Positions 1-12,000 of a stretch of 64,000 nucleotides of DNA are shown here, one piece after another (the stretch's first letter is position 1; each line of letters opens with the position of its first letter). Both the position numbers and the translations under genes were made by a program. The notes under the pieces are model-generated. The model was not told the origin of the DNA and made no database searches. It saw only the letters and a list, made by a program, of their open reading frames with translations. Where the stretch lies: positions 48,556,041 to 48,620,040 of the forward strand of contig NC_068989.1 of the NCBI RefSeq assembly GCF_001194135.2, in the 5' to 3' direction. The stretch comes from Octopus bimaculoides. Lineage: Eukaryota.

Positions 1-1237
1 TTGGGAAGATTAAAAAACTGAATAAATTGTAAAGAAAATAAATAAATGAATATAGAAAAATCAAACGAAAAGTAAACAGATGAAGCCAGTCCCCTTTCTT
101 AATAATACATTTAATAAATAACAGCATTTTATATGCAAGAAGGAAACAAATACTAATTAACGTGGTTGGTGTAAACGTCCACCCAATTTAGGTAAAGACA
201 GTCATTTTGCTTCCTTAAACTAGGTTACAAATGATGTGTTTATAGCTTAAGTTTTCTGCAAAACCTAATGATGACTATGCACATGAAAATATGTAAATAG
301 ATAAATATAAAAACGTGTATATATGTATATATATATGAGGGCGTATGGCTTAGTGTTTAAAGTGTTGCACTCATGACCACAAGATCATGGTTTCAATTCC
401 TGGATCAGGTGGTGCACTGTGTTCTAAAGCAAAACACTTCATCTCATATTGCTCTGTGATCACTACGATGCCATATGTAAGGTACACAGGAAATGTCAAT
501 TTGATGGAAGGAGTAAGCTATGGTTTGCAATATCATTTGTGCAGTTTATTCAGAAAGAAATCACAGAACAACTGTCTTTCTCAGTCTATGAGAGATTATC
601 ATATATGTATATATATATATATATATATATAATATAATATAGGATAAATTCTTTATAAGAATTTATCAAGTAGTCAGCGTGAAAAAACCTCATAATGAAA
701 ACATAACGAAAAATTTCGTAATGAAAAAATTCATTGTTTCTTCATGGATATATTTAATTATATATAAAGGGCATTAACTGTGTATCAATGCCTCACGCTA
801 TCGAGGGACTAAATAAGTAAAAAAAACTACCAAAAATAAGCAACATATTTACCGAAAGCGAGGGAATGCAGCTTTTCAAAATTTATCTCTTAAAAACATT
901 TAACTCAACGGTAGACCACTGGTTTCTCAATCAAATACAGAAAAAACTGTGAAGTAACCTGTATTCTTTTGTTCATCAGAACACGTATGCTTAAGATATA
1001 TAAAAATAAACAAGAACCACCTACCACGATGTAGCCATTACAGCAACGATGACTTTTGTTCACAATTATATATCCTTGAAAGAGATTTGAATTTATCCAG
1101 TTGCATCTCGGTAACATGTGCTTATACAGAATGATATTCAGCACTGAATATATTCTAATTATTTATAATATAATATAGGATAAATTCTTTATACATCGTT
1201 GCTGTGATGGCTACATCATTGCTGTGATGGCTACATC

Positions 1238-2014
1238 NNNNNNNNNNNNNNNNNNNNNNNNNNNNNNNNNNNNNNNNNNNNNNNNNNNNNNNNNNNNNNN
1301 NNNNNNNNNNNNNNNNNNNNNNNNNNNNNNNNNNNNNNNNNNNNNNNNNNNNNNNNNNNNNNNNNNNNNNNNNNNNNNNNNNNNNNNNNNNNNNNNNNNN
1401 NNNNNNNNNNNNNNNNNNNNNNNNNNNNNNNNNNNNNNNNNNNNNNNNNNNNNNNNNNNNNNNNNNNNNNNNNNNNNNNNNNNNNNNNNNNNNNNNNNNN
1501 NNNNNNNNNNNNNNNNNNNNNNNNNNNNNNNNNNNNNNNNNNNNNNNNNNNNNNNNNNNNNNNNNNNNNNNNNNNNNNNNNNNNNNNNNNNNNNNNNNNN
1601 NNNNNNNNNNNNNNNNNNNNNNNNNNNNNNNNNNNNNNNNNNNNNNNNNNNNNNNNNNNNNNNNNNNNNNNNNNNNNNNNNNNNNNNNNNNNNNNNNNNN
1701 NNNNNNNNNNNNNNNNNNNNNNNNNNNNNNNNNNNNNNNNNNNNNNNNNNNNNNNNNNNNNNNNNNNNNNNNNNNNNNNNNNNNNNNNNNNNNNNNNNNN
1801 NNNNNNNNNNNNNNNNNNNNNNNNNNNNNNNNNNNNNNNNNNNNNNNNNNNNNNNNNNNNNNNNNNNNNNNNNNNNNNNNNNNNNNNNNNNNNNNNNNNN
1901 NNNNNNNNNNNNNNNNNNNNNNNNNNNNNNNNNNNNNNNNNNNNNNNNNNNNNNNNNNNNNNNNNNNNNNNNNNNNNNNNNNNNNNNNNNNNNNNNNNNN
2001 NNNNNNNNNNNNNN
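1238..2014. other. Assembly gap; others at 2861-3355, 6804-6813, 20836-21107, 31247-31277, 39585-39710
   Basis: Runs of N, mostly bordered by (TA)n or (TTA)n tracts. Confidence 0.99.
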
Positions 2015-3377
2015 ATATATATATATATATATATATAATGTAAATAAGTAACAAGGACGTACAAGTGTCAATACATTACAGCCATTTGAAGTGGCTCCAT
2101 TTAACTGATCAATGAAAACATTACATCAATTTGAAAGAAACCGCTCTCTTCAGAGGCAAATGACCATATAGATTTCAAACACAAAGGATGAACCATTTTT
2201 AACAAATTTGCATCAATAATAGAAACCAAAATAATTACATTGTTTTCTTACATTATATCTATGGCAGAATGATTTTAGAAAATAATATATATCTTACTAA
2301 GCCTACTATAATTTAGAAAGTAGCAGACGAAAATAGTGGGGGTTAAGATATAGGAGTGGTGTCCATAGTTATTTATACTTAGAAGATTTTATGCTGCATG
2401 AATTAAATCCATAGGGAGTTGTCAACTGTATTCTATCTAGTTGATGCCGATAAATCAATTAATGTCAGACAATCTACCAGACCCTCATTGTACTGGAACT
2501 ATATATCTAACTTTATCTACATAAAAGGATATGTCGCAGGACCGCTAGTAAGAGAATGACTGATGGGGAAAAGGTGGTAATTAGAAGAAGGAAGGATAGG
2601 GGTGGCCAATACTTATTTACATTATTAAAGAAAGGGGAATATAATGAAAAACAAAAGAGATACAAAATATAAGCTTTAAAGGTAGAAATTAGAATTAAGG
2701 GATACAAGAAGTAGTAATTCATAATTTAGCAAATTCATTTTATTAAATTGAGAAAAATGTGAATTAATATGTAGAAAAAGGATAGAAATTAAACTTAAAA
2801 CCTAATAATGGGATACTTTAATATATAACAAAAAAAGCTATCAAAGCATTTCCATCTTGANNNNNNNNNNNNNNNNNNNNNNNNNNNNNNNNNNNNNNNN
2901 NNNNNNNNNNNNNNNNNNNNNNNNNNNNNNNNNNNNNNNNNNNNNNNNNNNNNNNNNNNNNNNNNNNNNNNNNNNNNNNNNNNNNNNNNNNNNNNNNNNN
3001 NNNNNNNNNNNNNNNNNNNNNNNNNNNNNNNNNNNNNNNNNNNNNNNNNNNNNNNNNNNNNNNNNNNNNNNNNNNNNNNNNNNNNNNNNNNNNNNNNNNN
3101 NNNNNNNNNNNNNNNNNNNNNNNNNNNNNNNNNNNNNNNNNNNNNNNNNNNNNNNNNNNNNNNNNNNNNNNNNNNNNNNNNNNNNNNNNNNNNNNNNNNN
3201 NNNNNNNNNNNNNNNNNNNNNNNNNNNNNNNNNNNNNNNNNNNNNNNNNNNNNNNNNNNNNNNNNNNNNNNNNNNNNNNNNNNNNNNNNNNNNNNNNNNN
3301 NNNNNNNNNNNNNNNNNNNNNNNNNNNNNNNNNNNNNNNNNNNNNNNNNNNNNNNTATATATATATATATATTAGTA

Positions 3378-4170
3378 AGACTGACTCTGACTACGATGTT
3401 AGTGTAACCTCTGGGATCCTGTAAAGCATGAATGAAAATTTCAGATAGAAGTCTTTGAGACATTGTGTTCCCATCTCATACTTTCAACTTAGCCTGCTTC
3501 AGAACGTCTGACTGTCCAGGTCCTTTGCCAGTATTGCAGACAGCTCTGTCATTGTATGCAAGTTTAAATGAAAATTTAAAAGCAAAATGAGAGTCCTGTC
3601 ACCTGCAAGTAAACTTGCAGTGATTCCAGATGAGGCTGCTGCAATACTAATGTACTTGAATGAACAAACTTTTCACCATTTCTAAGCAAAAAAAATGTTC
3701 TACCAGCTCCAACAGAACTGGAGAGGAAGATTTTGAGTCAGGTATCATGAATTATTTGGTCCTTGCATAAGTTTCTTTCTCCCTTTTTTTGTTGATAATC
3801 TAGAACCAAGAGTGAATCATTTTAGCAGACATGCTGTTATAGATGTCAGCTGTCAAAGCTGGCTGCCTACAGAATCTCTCAACTGAGAATTCAACACTGA
3901 ACAAGATCCTTGTCAACCATGCTCTGTACAATATTATCAATGAAGATCATTGGTTGGTTGTACATGATAGAGGTAAAGTCTAGGTGTGGATATTTTGATT
4001 CTTGCTGGGCTTCATACTGCATATCCTCTACCATGCTGTCCTGTTGATTGTATTCTGTTTCTGAGGACTGGATGAGAAACAGGCACAAAAATGATAGCAA
4101 AGAAACTCTTAATCTCACTTAGAGATTGAGTGCAACTCTTCTAAGATACTCTTTCAGTCAGCATCTTCTA
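3378..4170 (-). mobile_element. Helitron RepHel fossil (PIF1-family helicase N-terminal half; frameshifts and stops)
   Basis: Stitched minus-strand frames: SEIKSFFAII, DSMVEDMQ...IMYNQPMIFIDNIVQSM, IFLSSSVGAGRTFF (Walker A, cf. FLDAPGGTGKTF), ISIAAASSGITASLLAGDRT (cf. VASSGIAATLLPGGRT), VCNTGKGPGQSDVLKQAKLKV*DGNTMS (cf. LIVWDECTM), ALQDPRG. Confidence 0.85.
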
Positions 4171-6159
4171 TAAACTATTTCTTTTATATACGTGTGTGAG
4201 CATGCCCACACACATGTTAATACTTATATTGAATAGTAAATTTTTATGGAAGGAAATGTTTGCAAGTGAGAGAAGGAAATTATTCTGTTTATTTGACAAT
4301 GAACGTCAGTGAATTCTATAGAGAGAAAAGTGAATGCCTGAAGACTTTTCTCTTGAGATGTGGAATTCATTCATTTACTTTTTATAATGATGTGCCCCTG
4401 TTGAAAGGAAACTTACTAGAATGTCCTGTCACCATTATAAGCTGAAATATAAAGCTGGCAGTATTTTATAGCATTTTAAAAGATTCACTGTTATTTAAAG
4501 ATGTTGGACTACCAGCTATGATACTGAAATCTTCATTCTTGGTTCTTTACTTCTTTAGTTTGTATCAGCTTTCATAGTGAAGGCCATGATGGAGCACCAC
4601 CTTTAATTGTGTTTTTTTTAAAAAAAAAACATACTAGCAACAACAATAGATGACATAGTCAGCTTCCATGACTTTTTAGCAGAGTCATCAAGACTGGTGA
4701 GACAGAGAGGAGAAACAAGTAATCGTAACTCATGTATTTATCCTAAAGATAAATACTGAAGCTTTGGTTCCAGTGCTTGCAACAGAATGAACTCCATAGG
4801 TTATGTAGTGGTGTTAAAACAGGCAGTCGATTAATTCTAATGGACTTCTACACAGTTTTCATCTATCTAATTTCACTTACAAGGCTTGAATTGACTTGAG
4901 GCTATAGTGCAGGAGACTTCTTGAAGGTGCTCTGCAGTGATTGTGAAAGGAACTTCTAAAACACATTATGCCATTTAGCAATTAGAATTCTCCACTTTTT
5001 GCTAAATGCCAATCCATTACAATTCCCAGTGCTTAAGTTGAGGTTAATATAAATCTATGTAGCTTGGTGAATGTAAGAAAAAGAAATATAAGGAGATATG
5101 AGTTCCAGAGGGATGTAGTTTTGAGAAAACAGGATTAAGTAAAGTGTATAGCATTGATAATGGAGAGTGTGACGCAACAAGGATATCAAAAGGAAGAGAA
5201 GAGATATCAGCTTGGGTTTGGGGCGTCTAGTTCGTTAGCTGATTTTTCTCATTAAGGAGATATCAAGACAAAAAAGGATCAAAGGTCCAGCCTGAGTCAG
5301 AGGCTCATAAAGCCAGTTTCCTGGATTTGTGGTGCATATATTCCCCCTACTCTTGGATTGAACACTGCACCATCGCAGGATCACTCATTTTTGCCAGCTG
5401 AGTGAACTGGAGCAGTGTGAAATGAAATGTTTTGCTCAAGAACACAATGCATTGCCCAGTCCAGGAATTGAAGCCACTACCTTACAATGATGAGTGAAAC
5501 ACTCTAACCACAAAGCCACATGTCCAGAAACTGAACAATTATCACAGCACTTGATCTTATCAATACAAAGAGCAATTATTTTCTTACAAAATATATATCA
5601 ATTGATATAGTCTGTTATACCATGATGAAAATTGCATATTTCATCATCAACATTGTTGTTGTTGTCACAGTTTTATGTCTGCTTTCTATGCTGGCATGGA
5701 TTGGGCTCATTGTTACAGACTAATAAGAATTATTAGAAGCTACTGCTTTCATAGACAGGTATTCAGGCATGTCATTTGGTTTTGGTTTCTACAGCTGGAT
5801 ACCCTCCCTTTCACCAGGATGCCCTACACTATCATCAGAATGCTCTTCCTATTGCCAGGATGCCCTTCCTATTACTAGGATGCCCTTCCTATTGCCATAC
5901 AGGATGCCCTGTAGCCATAAGGAATTTATATCGAAAGGGCTATTGAAATTGACTACTTGTATGTTATCATGGATAAAATGTGTTAATAACCTGCTTAGGG
6001 ACAGGAATGGGTGTGCTGTAAAAAAGCTTGCTTCTCAATCACATGGTTTGGGGTTCAGTCCCAGTGTGACACCTTGGGTAAGTGTCTTCCACTATACCCT
6101 CAGGTCAACCAAAGCCTTGTAAGTGGATTTGATAGATGGAAACTGAAAGAACCCTATCA

Positions 6160-6196
<37 letters not shown>

Positions 6197-7680
6197 CTTT
6201 CCCTTCTATAAATGCTCAAGAAACGATACCACCTTCAGGAAAAATATGGAGAAATACTTCATAGCAAAATTCTCACCAGAACTGAATGGCTGAAACATGA
6301 AGATCACAACCCATCTAGGATCTTCAACTTTGGAACAACAGAGCCTAAAAAAATGGCAAGAAACCCAGATAGTGGGACATTTTTGTACCAACTAGAATTG
6401 AACCCAGTTACCTAGGTTCTCATATTTCTCTCCTAACTTTTTTTGAACTAACCAGCTGTATAGATATAAACACAATTCCTTCCTTCCCTTTTACACTCCT
6501 TTCAGACACACACATGCACGCACACATACACACACTCTCTCTACCACTGGACAATGATACCAAAAGAATACCATCTGGTTTTGCCATTTTTCTTCCTTTT
6601 TTTTTAAAAAGGCCAAGAATAAATTTGTCACTGCACGAACTGACCAACTGTAAACTGTAAACAGAATCTTCTTCTTCCCTCCTCTTCCCACTGACACACC
6701 TTTCAAATACACAGGCACACACACACACGCATGCACACAGACACACACACACACCAACACAAAAGAACACACACTCTCTCTCTCACTTTTCCCTCCATTC
6801 CTCNNNNNNNNNNTCTTTTCGAAAAACAACTTCTTCAAAACGATCACACCTGCTTTTGCCATTTCTTTAAAAAGCTAAAAATAAACTTATCATTGAAAAG
6901 AACTAACCAACTATGAACCCAATTTTCTTTTCTCTTTCCCATCGACACACACACGCACACACACAGACACACACACACACCAACACAAAAGAACACACAC
7001 TCTCTCTCTCACTTTTCCCTCCATTCCTCACCCTCTCTTACTATCCTATATATCTCTCTCTCCACCCCTACACACTCAATAAACTATATAAACAGACCTC
7101 ACCGCAAGGTTGACTCAAAACAATTTGAAAATCCTACACAATTAGGTGAAAAGCGCTTTATTTAATTTATAAAACATGTGACATTAATAAAAATCTGTAA
7201 ATGTACAAACATCCAGATTTCTGAGTACCTTAATTTTTTTCTATATATATATATGTTTTTATCCATATGTGCATGTGTCCTTGTATTGGTCCTCTACCAC
7301 TGCAATAATCATTGTTGGCTTGACTACATTCCCATAACTTAGCAGTTTGGTAAAAGCAACCGATATAATAAGTACCAAGCTTAAAAATGAGTACTGGGGT
7401 CAATTTTTTTGGCTAAACCCTTCAAGGTGATGCGCCAGCATGACTGCAGTCTAACAATGGAAACAAGTAAAAGATAAAAGATCTATTAACAGAGCAAGAA
7501 AATTCTGGAATGTTGTTGAGAAGTTTGCTTTACAACCTCATGGTTTCAGGGCCAGTCATACTGTATGACAGCTTGACTCCTATTATAGCCAGAGGTTGAC
7601 TAATGCCATGAAAGTAAATTTGGTAGACAAAAACCATGTGAAAGCTGGTGATATATATAGGTGTGCGCGTGTGTGTGTGT

Positions 7681-8005
7681 GAAGGCACATGGCTTAGTGG
7701 TTACGGCATTTGGTTCATGATCGTAAGGTCATGAGTTCGGTTCTTGGGTGGTGCGTTGTGTCCTTGAGTAAGACACTTTTTTTCACAATACTCCAGTTCA
7801 CTCAGCTGCAAAAATGAGTAGTATCTGTATTTCAAAGGGCCAGACTCGTCACATTCTGTGTCAAGCTGAATCACCCTCAGAATTATGTTAAGTATACACA
7901 TGTCTGTGGAGTGTTCAGCCACTTGCATGGTTAATTTCATGAGCAGGCTGTTCTGTTGATCGGATCAACTGGAACCCTTATCATCATAAGCAACAGAGTG
8001 CCAGT
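7681..8005 (+). mobile_element. tRNA-derived SINE family 3; other copies about 336-560, 39775-40030 (+), 5280-5525, 12335-12470, 14110-14420, 29240-29400 (-)
   Basis: Head ggcacatggcttagtggtta...catgatcgtaaggtcatgagttcggttc, core ccttgagtaagacact...ctccagttcactcagctg, tail gcaggctgttctgttgatcggatcaactggaaccct. Confidence 0.82.
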
Positions 8006-8039
<34 letters not shown>

Positions 8040-8042
<3 letters not shown>

Positions 8043-8424
8043 GAGGTGCAATGGCCCAGTGGTTAGGGCTGCGGACTCGTGGTCATAGGATTGCGGTTTC
8101 GATTCCCAGACCGGGCGTTGTGAGTGTTTATTGGGCAAAAACACCTAAAGCTCCACGAGGCTCTGGCAGGGGATGGTGGCGAACCCTGTTGTACGCTTTC
8201 ACCACAACTTTCTCTCACTCTTACTTCCTGTTTCTGTTGTGCCTGTAATTCAAAGGGTCAGCCTTGTCACACTGTCATGCTGAATATCCCCAAGAACTAC
8301 GTTAAGGGTACACGTGTCTGTGGAGTGCTCAGTCACTTGCACATTAATTTCACGAGCAGGCTGTTCCGTTGATCGGATCAACTGGAACCCTCGACGTCGT
8401 AAGTGACGGAGTGCCAACAACAAC
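8040..8424 (+). mobile_element. Young tRNA-headed SINE (family 3b); near-identical copy at 52112-52472
   Basis: ggaggcgcaatggcccagtggttagggc...ggtttcgattcccagaccgggcg head (clear A and B boxes); 3' half shared with family 3; (CAA)n tail. Confidence 0.88.
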
Positions 8425-8958
8425 ATATATATATATATATAAGTGTACATGTGGTGTGTGTTTATCTCTTACTATTTGATAATCATTTTTTGTTTGTGTT
8501 CCTGTAACTTTATTTAACAAAAAGAAATTGATGAAATAAGTATCAAACTCGAAATAAAGAGTGGGTTCAAACTGATCATTTAAGTGCTTTAAGGCAGTGC
8601 CCCAGCATGGCCACAATCCAGTGACTGAAACCGTTAAAGGAGTAAATAGCTGTTGGTGTCATCAAATCTAAAGTGACACACTTCCATTCATTTCCTAATA
8701 GTTCATATTTCTCTCTGATATCGAGTCATTAAACAACAGTGAAATCATCAATGATTGTGTTGCTTAGCAACAGAAATATTGCTGACACTGCAACATTTTC
8801 CTTTCAACATATCTACCTAATATTTCATATTTGAAATATAATCTCTGCTCTGTAATTAAAGTTTCCAAATAAACTGAGTTAATTGGAAATTATAAAAATA
8901 ACCGAAATCTCTGAAATGCTGATGCCACTGATAGATAAGGATTTAAGAATCCACTCAC

Positions 8959-9041
8959 CTGAACCCATTCATAGGCTCCAATATGCCCATATTTGGTAGC
9001 ATCCCATAATGCAAAGATGATAGTTCGTCGTGGTCTCCAGT
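8959..9041 (-). CDS. M28B gene exon G (83 nt, phase 1-0): [28 protein letters not shown]; catalytic EE motif replaced by TK
   Basis: Acceptor cttttctgttttag|AC, donor CAG|gtgagt; matches GCPII [28 protein letters not shown]. Confidence 0.95.
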
Positions 9042-12000
9042 CTAAAACAGAAAAGAAAATATATGAACCAATATTTGGATGAAAGTTTTATGTAAAATTC
9101 TCTTTAAGTGATTTTTCTGAAGGGAAAGGTATAAGACCTAAATCTTAGGAGATGTATAGCATTATCCTTGGTGTATGAGTTAAGGGTGGGGACTGACTAG
9201 AGTGGGGGTTGATAATGATGAGGTCAACAAGGGTTGGGTTGACAAGGGTTAGGTCGACAAGTGTGAGGATGAAAAGGGTTGCATTGTTAAGGTTGGGATT
9301 GATAAGGTGAATTAATAAGGGTAAGGTTGATAAGAGTGGAGTTGAAAAAGATAAGGTTTTGGAGAGTAGAAAGTTAACAGAAGGCAAGAAAACGTGTGTA
9401 TGAAAGAGGGAGGACTTTGGTAACAGAAATGTAATTGGAGTGACATAAATTCAGAGGCAAGAATAAACAAATTGCTTTGATTTCAACTGTGATGATGACT
9501 GTTATATTTTGAGAAGCACTTAATGCCATGGCAATGGAATAGCTAAAGAAAGCATGCAATAAATCAACTGAGATTCTTCTGATGTGCTCTAAGGTATCAA
9601 GGATTCAATGAACGAGGTTAACTTAAACTACATCATTATTGAGCATATATTGAGAATCAGCTGCTTATCTAAGGTAAAAATGCTGACAACTGATAGGTTA
9701 TGAATAAAATTATATTTCTTGCAGAGATAAATGATAATCCAATTAAAAGAACAAATACTAATTATTGTGTATGTTGACCTTCAGATTTGAGTCTCACAGA
9801 AGCAATGACAAGTGACCGAGACTTCTTGAGAATTGCTGTCCTTGAGAAGATGTGTTAAGCTAAGTGGAATTGAGGTCATGGTCAGTGCTGGTGATGTGTG
9901 AAAGGCAGCCAGGCAGGTGACACTAAAAGGCACCTGTGCCAGTGACATGTAAAAAGGTCCAATGACAGTCTCATGTAAAAGACACCCAGTACACTCTGAG
10001 GTGGTTGGTGTTAGGAAGGGCATCCAACCGTAAAAATCAGGCCAAAACAGACTGGAGTCTGGTGCAGTTCTCTGGCTTACCATCTCTAGTCAAACTGTCT
10101 AACCTATGCCAATATAGAAAACAGACATTAAATAATGATGACAATGATGATAGATAGAAACCAACCCCCACCAAAGATAAAAAAAGTTAAATCTCACAGC
10201 ATACAGTTTATCAGTATGCAATGCTGAGTTCAGTTATTTTCATAGGTTTTGTGTGCAACAGACCAGAATACATTCTAGAGGGAGATTTATCTTGCATCCA
10301 TATACTTGTAACACTATAAAAACCAGAGATTTTGGATTCTTATGGTTGGTAATGAAAAAACAAAAAAACAAAAAAAAACAACCAATTAACTATGGTGGAC
10401 AACTTATCAGAGGAACCCTCATAATGTTCACCTACCTAAGACTGCTAATCTTTGCATCTAGAATATACTTTAGTCCAAGTAAATGATAAAATTTCACAAA
10501 GCTTAACTATGACTACTCCTGACCCTGCCTACATGAGCACACAGTACATACATGTAAACACAATTTCTAGTTTATTTTCAGTAAATAGTTGTCTGTCTGA
10601 TAGTTTAAGCCATAATGATTGATTCAGCATTAATCTCCACTCCATCTCTTCTACAATACTTTTAGTTCATTTTAATGTTTTGTGTTATCAACCATCAGTC
10701 TTATACCAACTTCGCCTGACTTTTCTCTCTCCCTCTCACATCCATCAGAAGGCATTTCAACTATACAACTATATTCTTATGGAATTCACTCCTTTTTCTC
10801 TTACTCTTACTTGTTTCAGACATTAGACTATGGTCATGCTGGGGCACTATTTTGAAGAGTTTTTAGTCAAATGAATCAACCCTAGTTCTTATTTTTGTGA
10901 AACCTGGTACTTATTCTATAGGTTTCTTTTTACCGAACTACTAAGATGTGGGGATGTAAACACCAACACAGGTTGTCAAGCTGTGGTGGGGGACAAACAT
11001 AAACACAAACACACACATATACATCTACATATATATACACACACACATGATGGGCGTCTTTCAGTTTCTGTCTACAAAGTCCATTCACAAGGCTTTGGTT
11101 GTCCTGAAGCTATAGTAGAAGACACTTGCCCAAGTTGCTACACAGCGGGACTGAACTCAGAACCGTGTGGTTGGGAAGCAAGTTTTTTACCACACAGCCA
11201 CACCTTGATTACATTTTCTTATGAATTATAGACATTCAAAAGTTCAAACAAAACACACTCTGTATTTTTAACCTTAACCAACTGTCTCTATCTTAAAGAA
11301 ACAAGGCCAAGAAAGACTGTGGTAACAGCAACTTAGAAAATAAAAATAAAACATTTAATATTTTTTCTATATTTCTTCAAAACATTTTGAAATACCTGCT
11401 GACATACCAGCTTCCCATGGGATTTCAAATACTGATTTCAGATATAAGTATAAGGCCTTATATTTGAGAAGAATATGACCGATTATATTACACCCAGTAC
11501 TTGAGCAGTACATTATTCAAGTACTGGAGTTGATGAATAAGAAGCCTGTATCACCCTATATAAAGAGAAAGACACAGTGGATATTGTACACTGAGATATT
11601 CATGAAAATGGTGGGATGTTCACGACTGGAATGTCACTGATCAAAAGTGTGCTCAGATACGAACAACCTGGGACTATATAACAATAGCTAGTTATTGAAA
11701 TTCTCTTATTTATCTTAAATGGCATGAAAAAAAGTGAGAAAAATGTAGGACACAGTTTCATTCCTTTCCTTGTTCAGCTAAGAATAAAAATAAATGACAA
11801 CAATTGGATACAAAATTTCTTTGATATTCTGTGATGAAAGTAAAAAACAAAAGGACAAAAAAAAAAAAGCAAACAAAGAATAAAAAGCCAATACCAACCT
11901 TCTTTTTTCATAACATTGGAGAACGACTTGACCAATTCCATTAGGATGGCATAGCCACTGCCTGAGTCTACTGCCCCCTGAGTCCATGAATCAACATGAG

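Noticed and set aside
3891-4118. 75-aa ORF with signal-peptide-like start ending in Cys-TGA (secreted peptide or selenoprotein?)
   Set aside because: It is part of the frameshifted Helitron fossil, and read-through of the TGA meets further stops.
4990-5058. IYINLNLSTGN on minus as the missing AYINxD exon
   Set aside because: In-frame TAG immediately upstream, the expected N-terminal residues are missing, and there is no suitable donor.
6737-7030. About 65-bp direct duplication on either side of the 10-N gap
   Set aside because: Typical unmerged contig overlap or haplotype duplication; not trusted as biology.
8040-8115. tRNA-like A/B boxes (also at 52112)
   Set aside because: Continues into a 380-bp repeated body with a (CAA)n tail, so it is a SINE head and not a tRNA gene.
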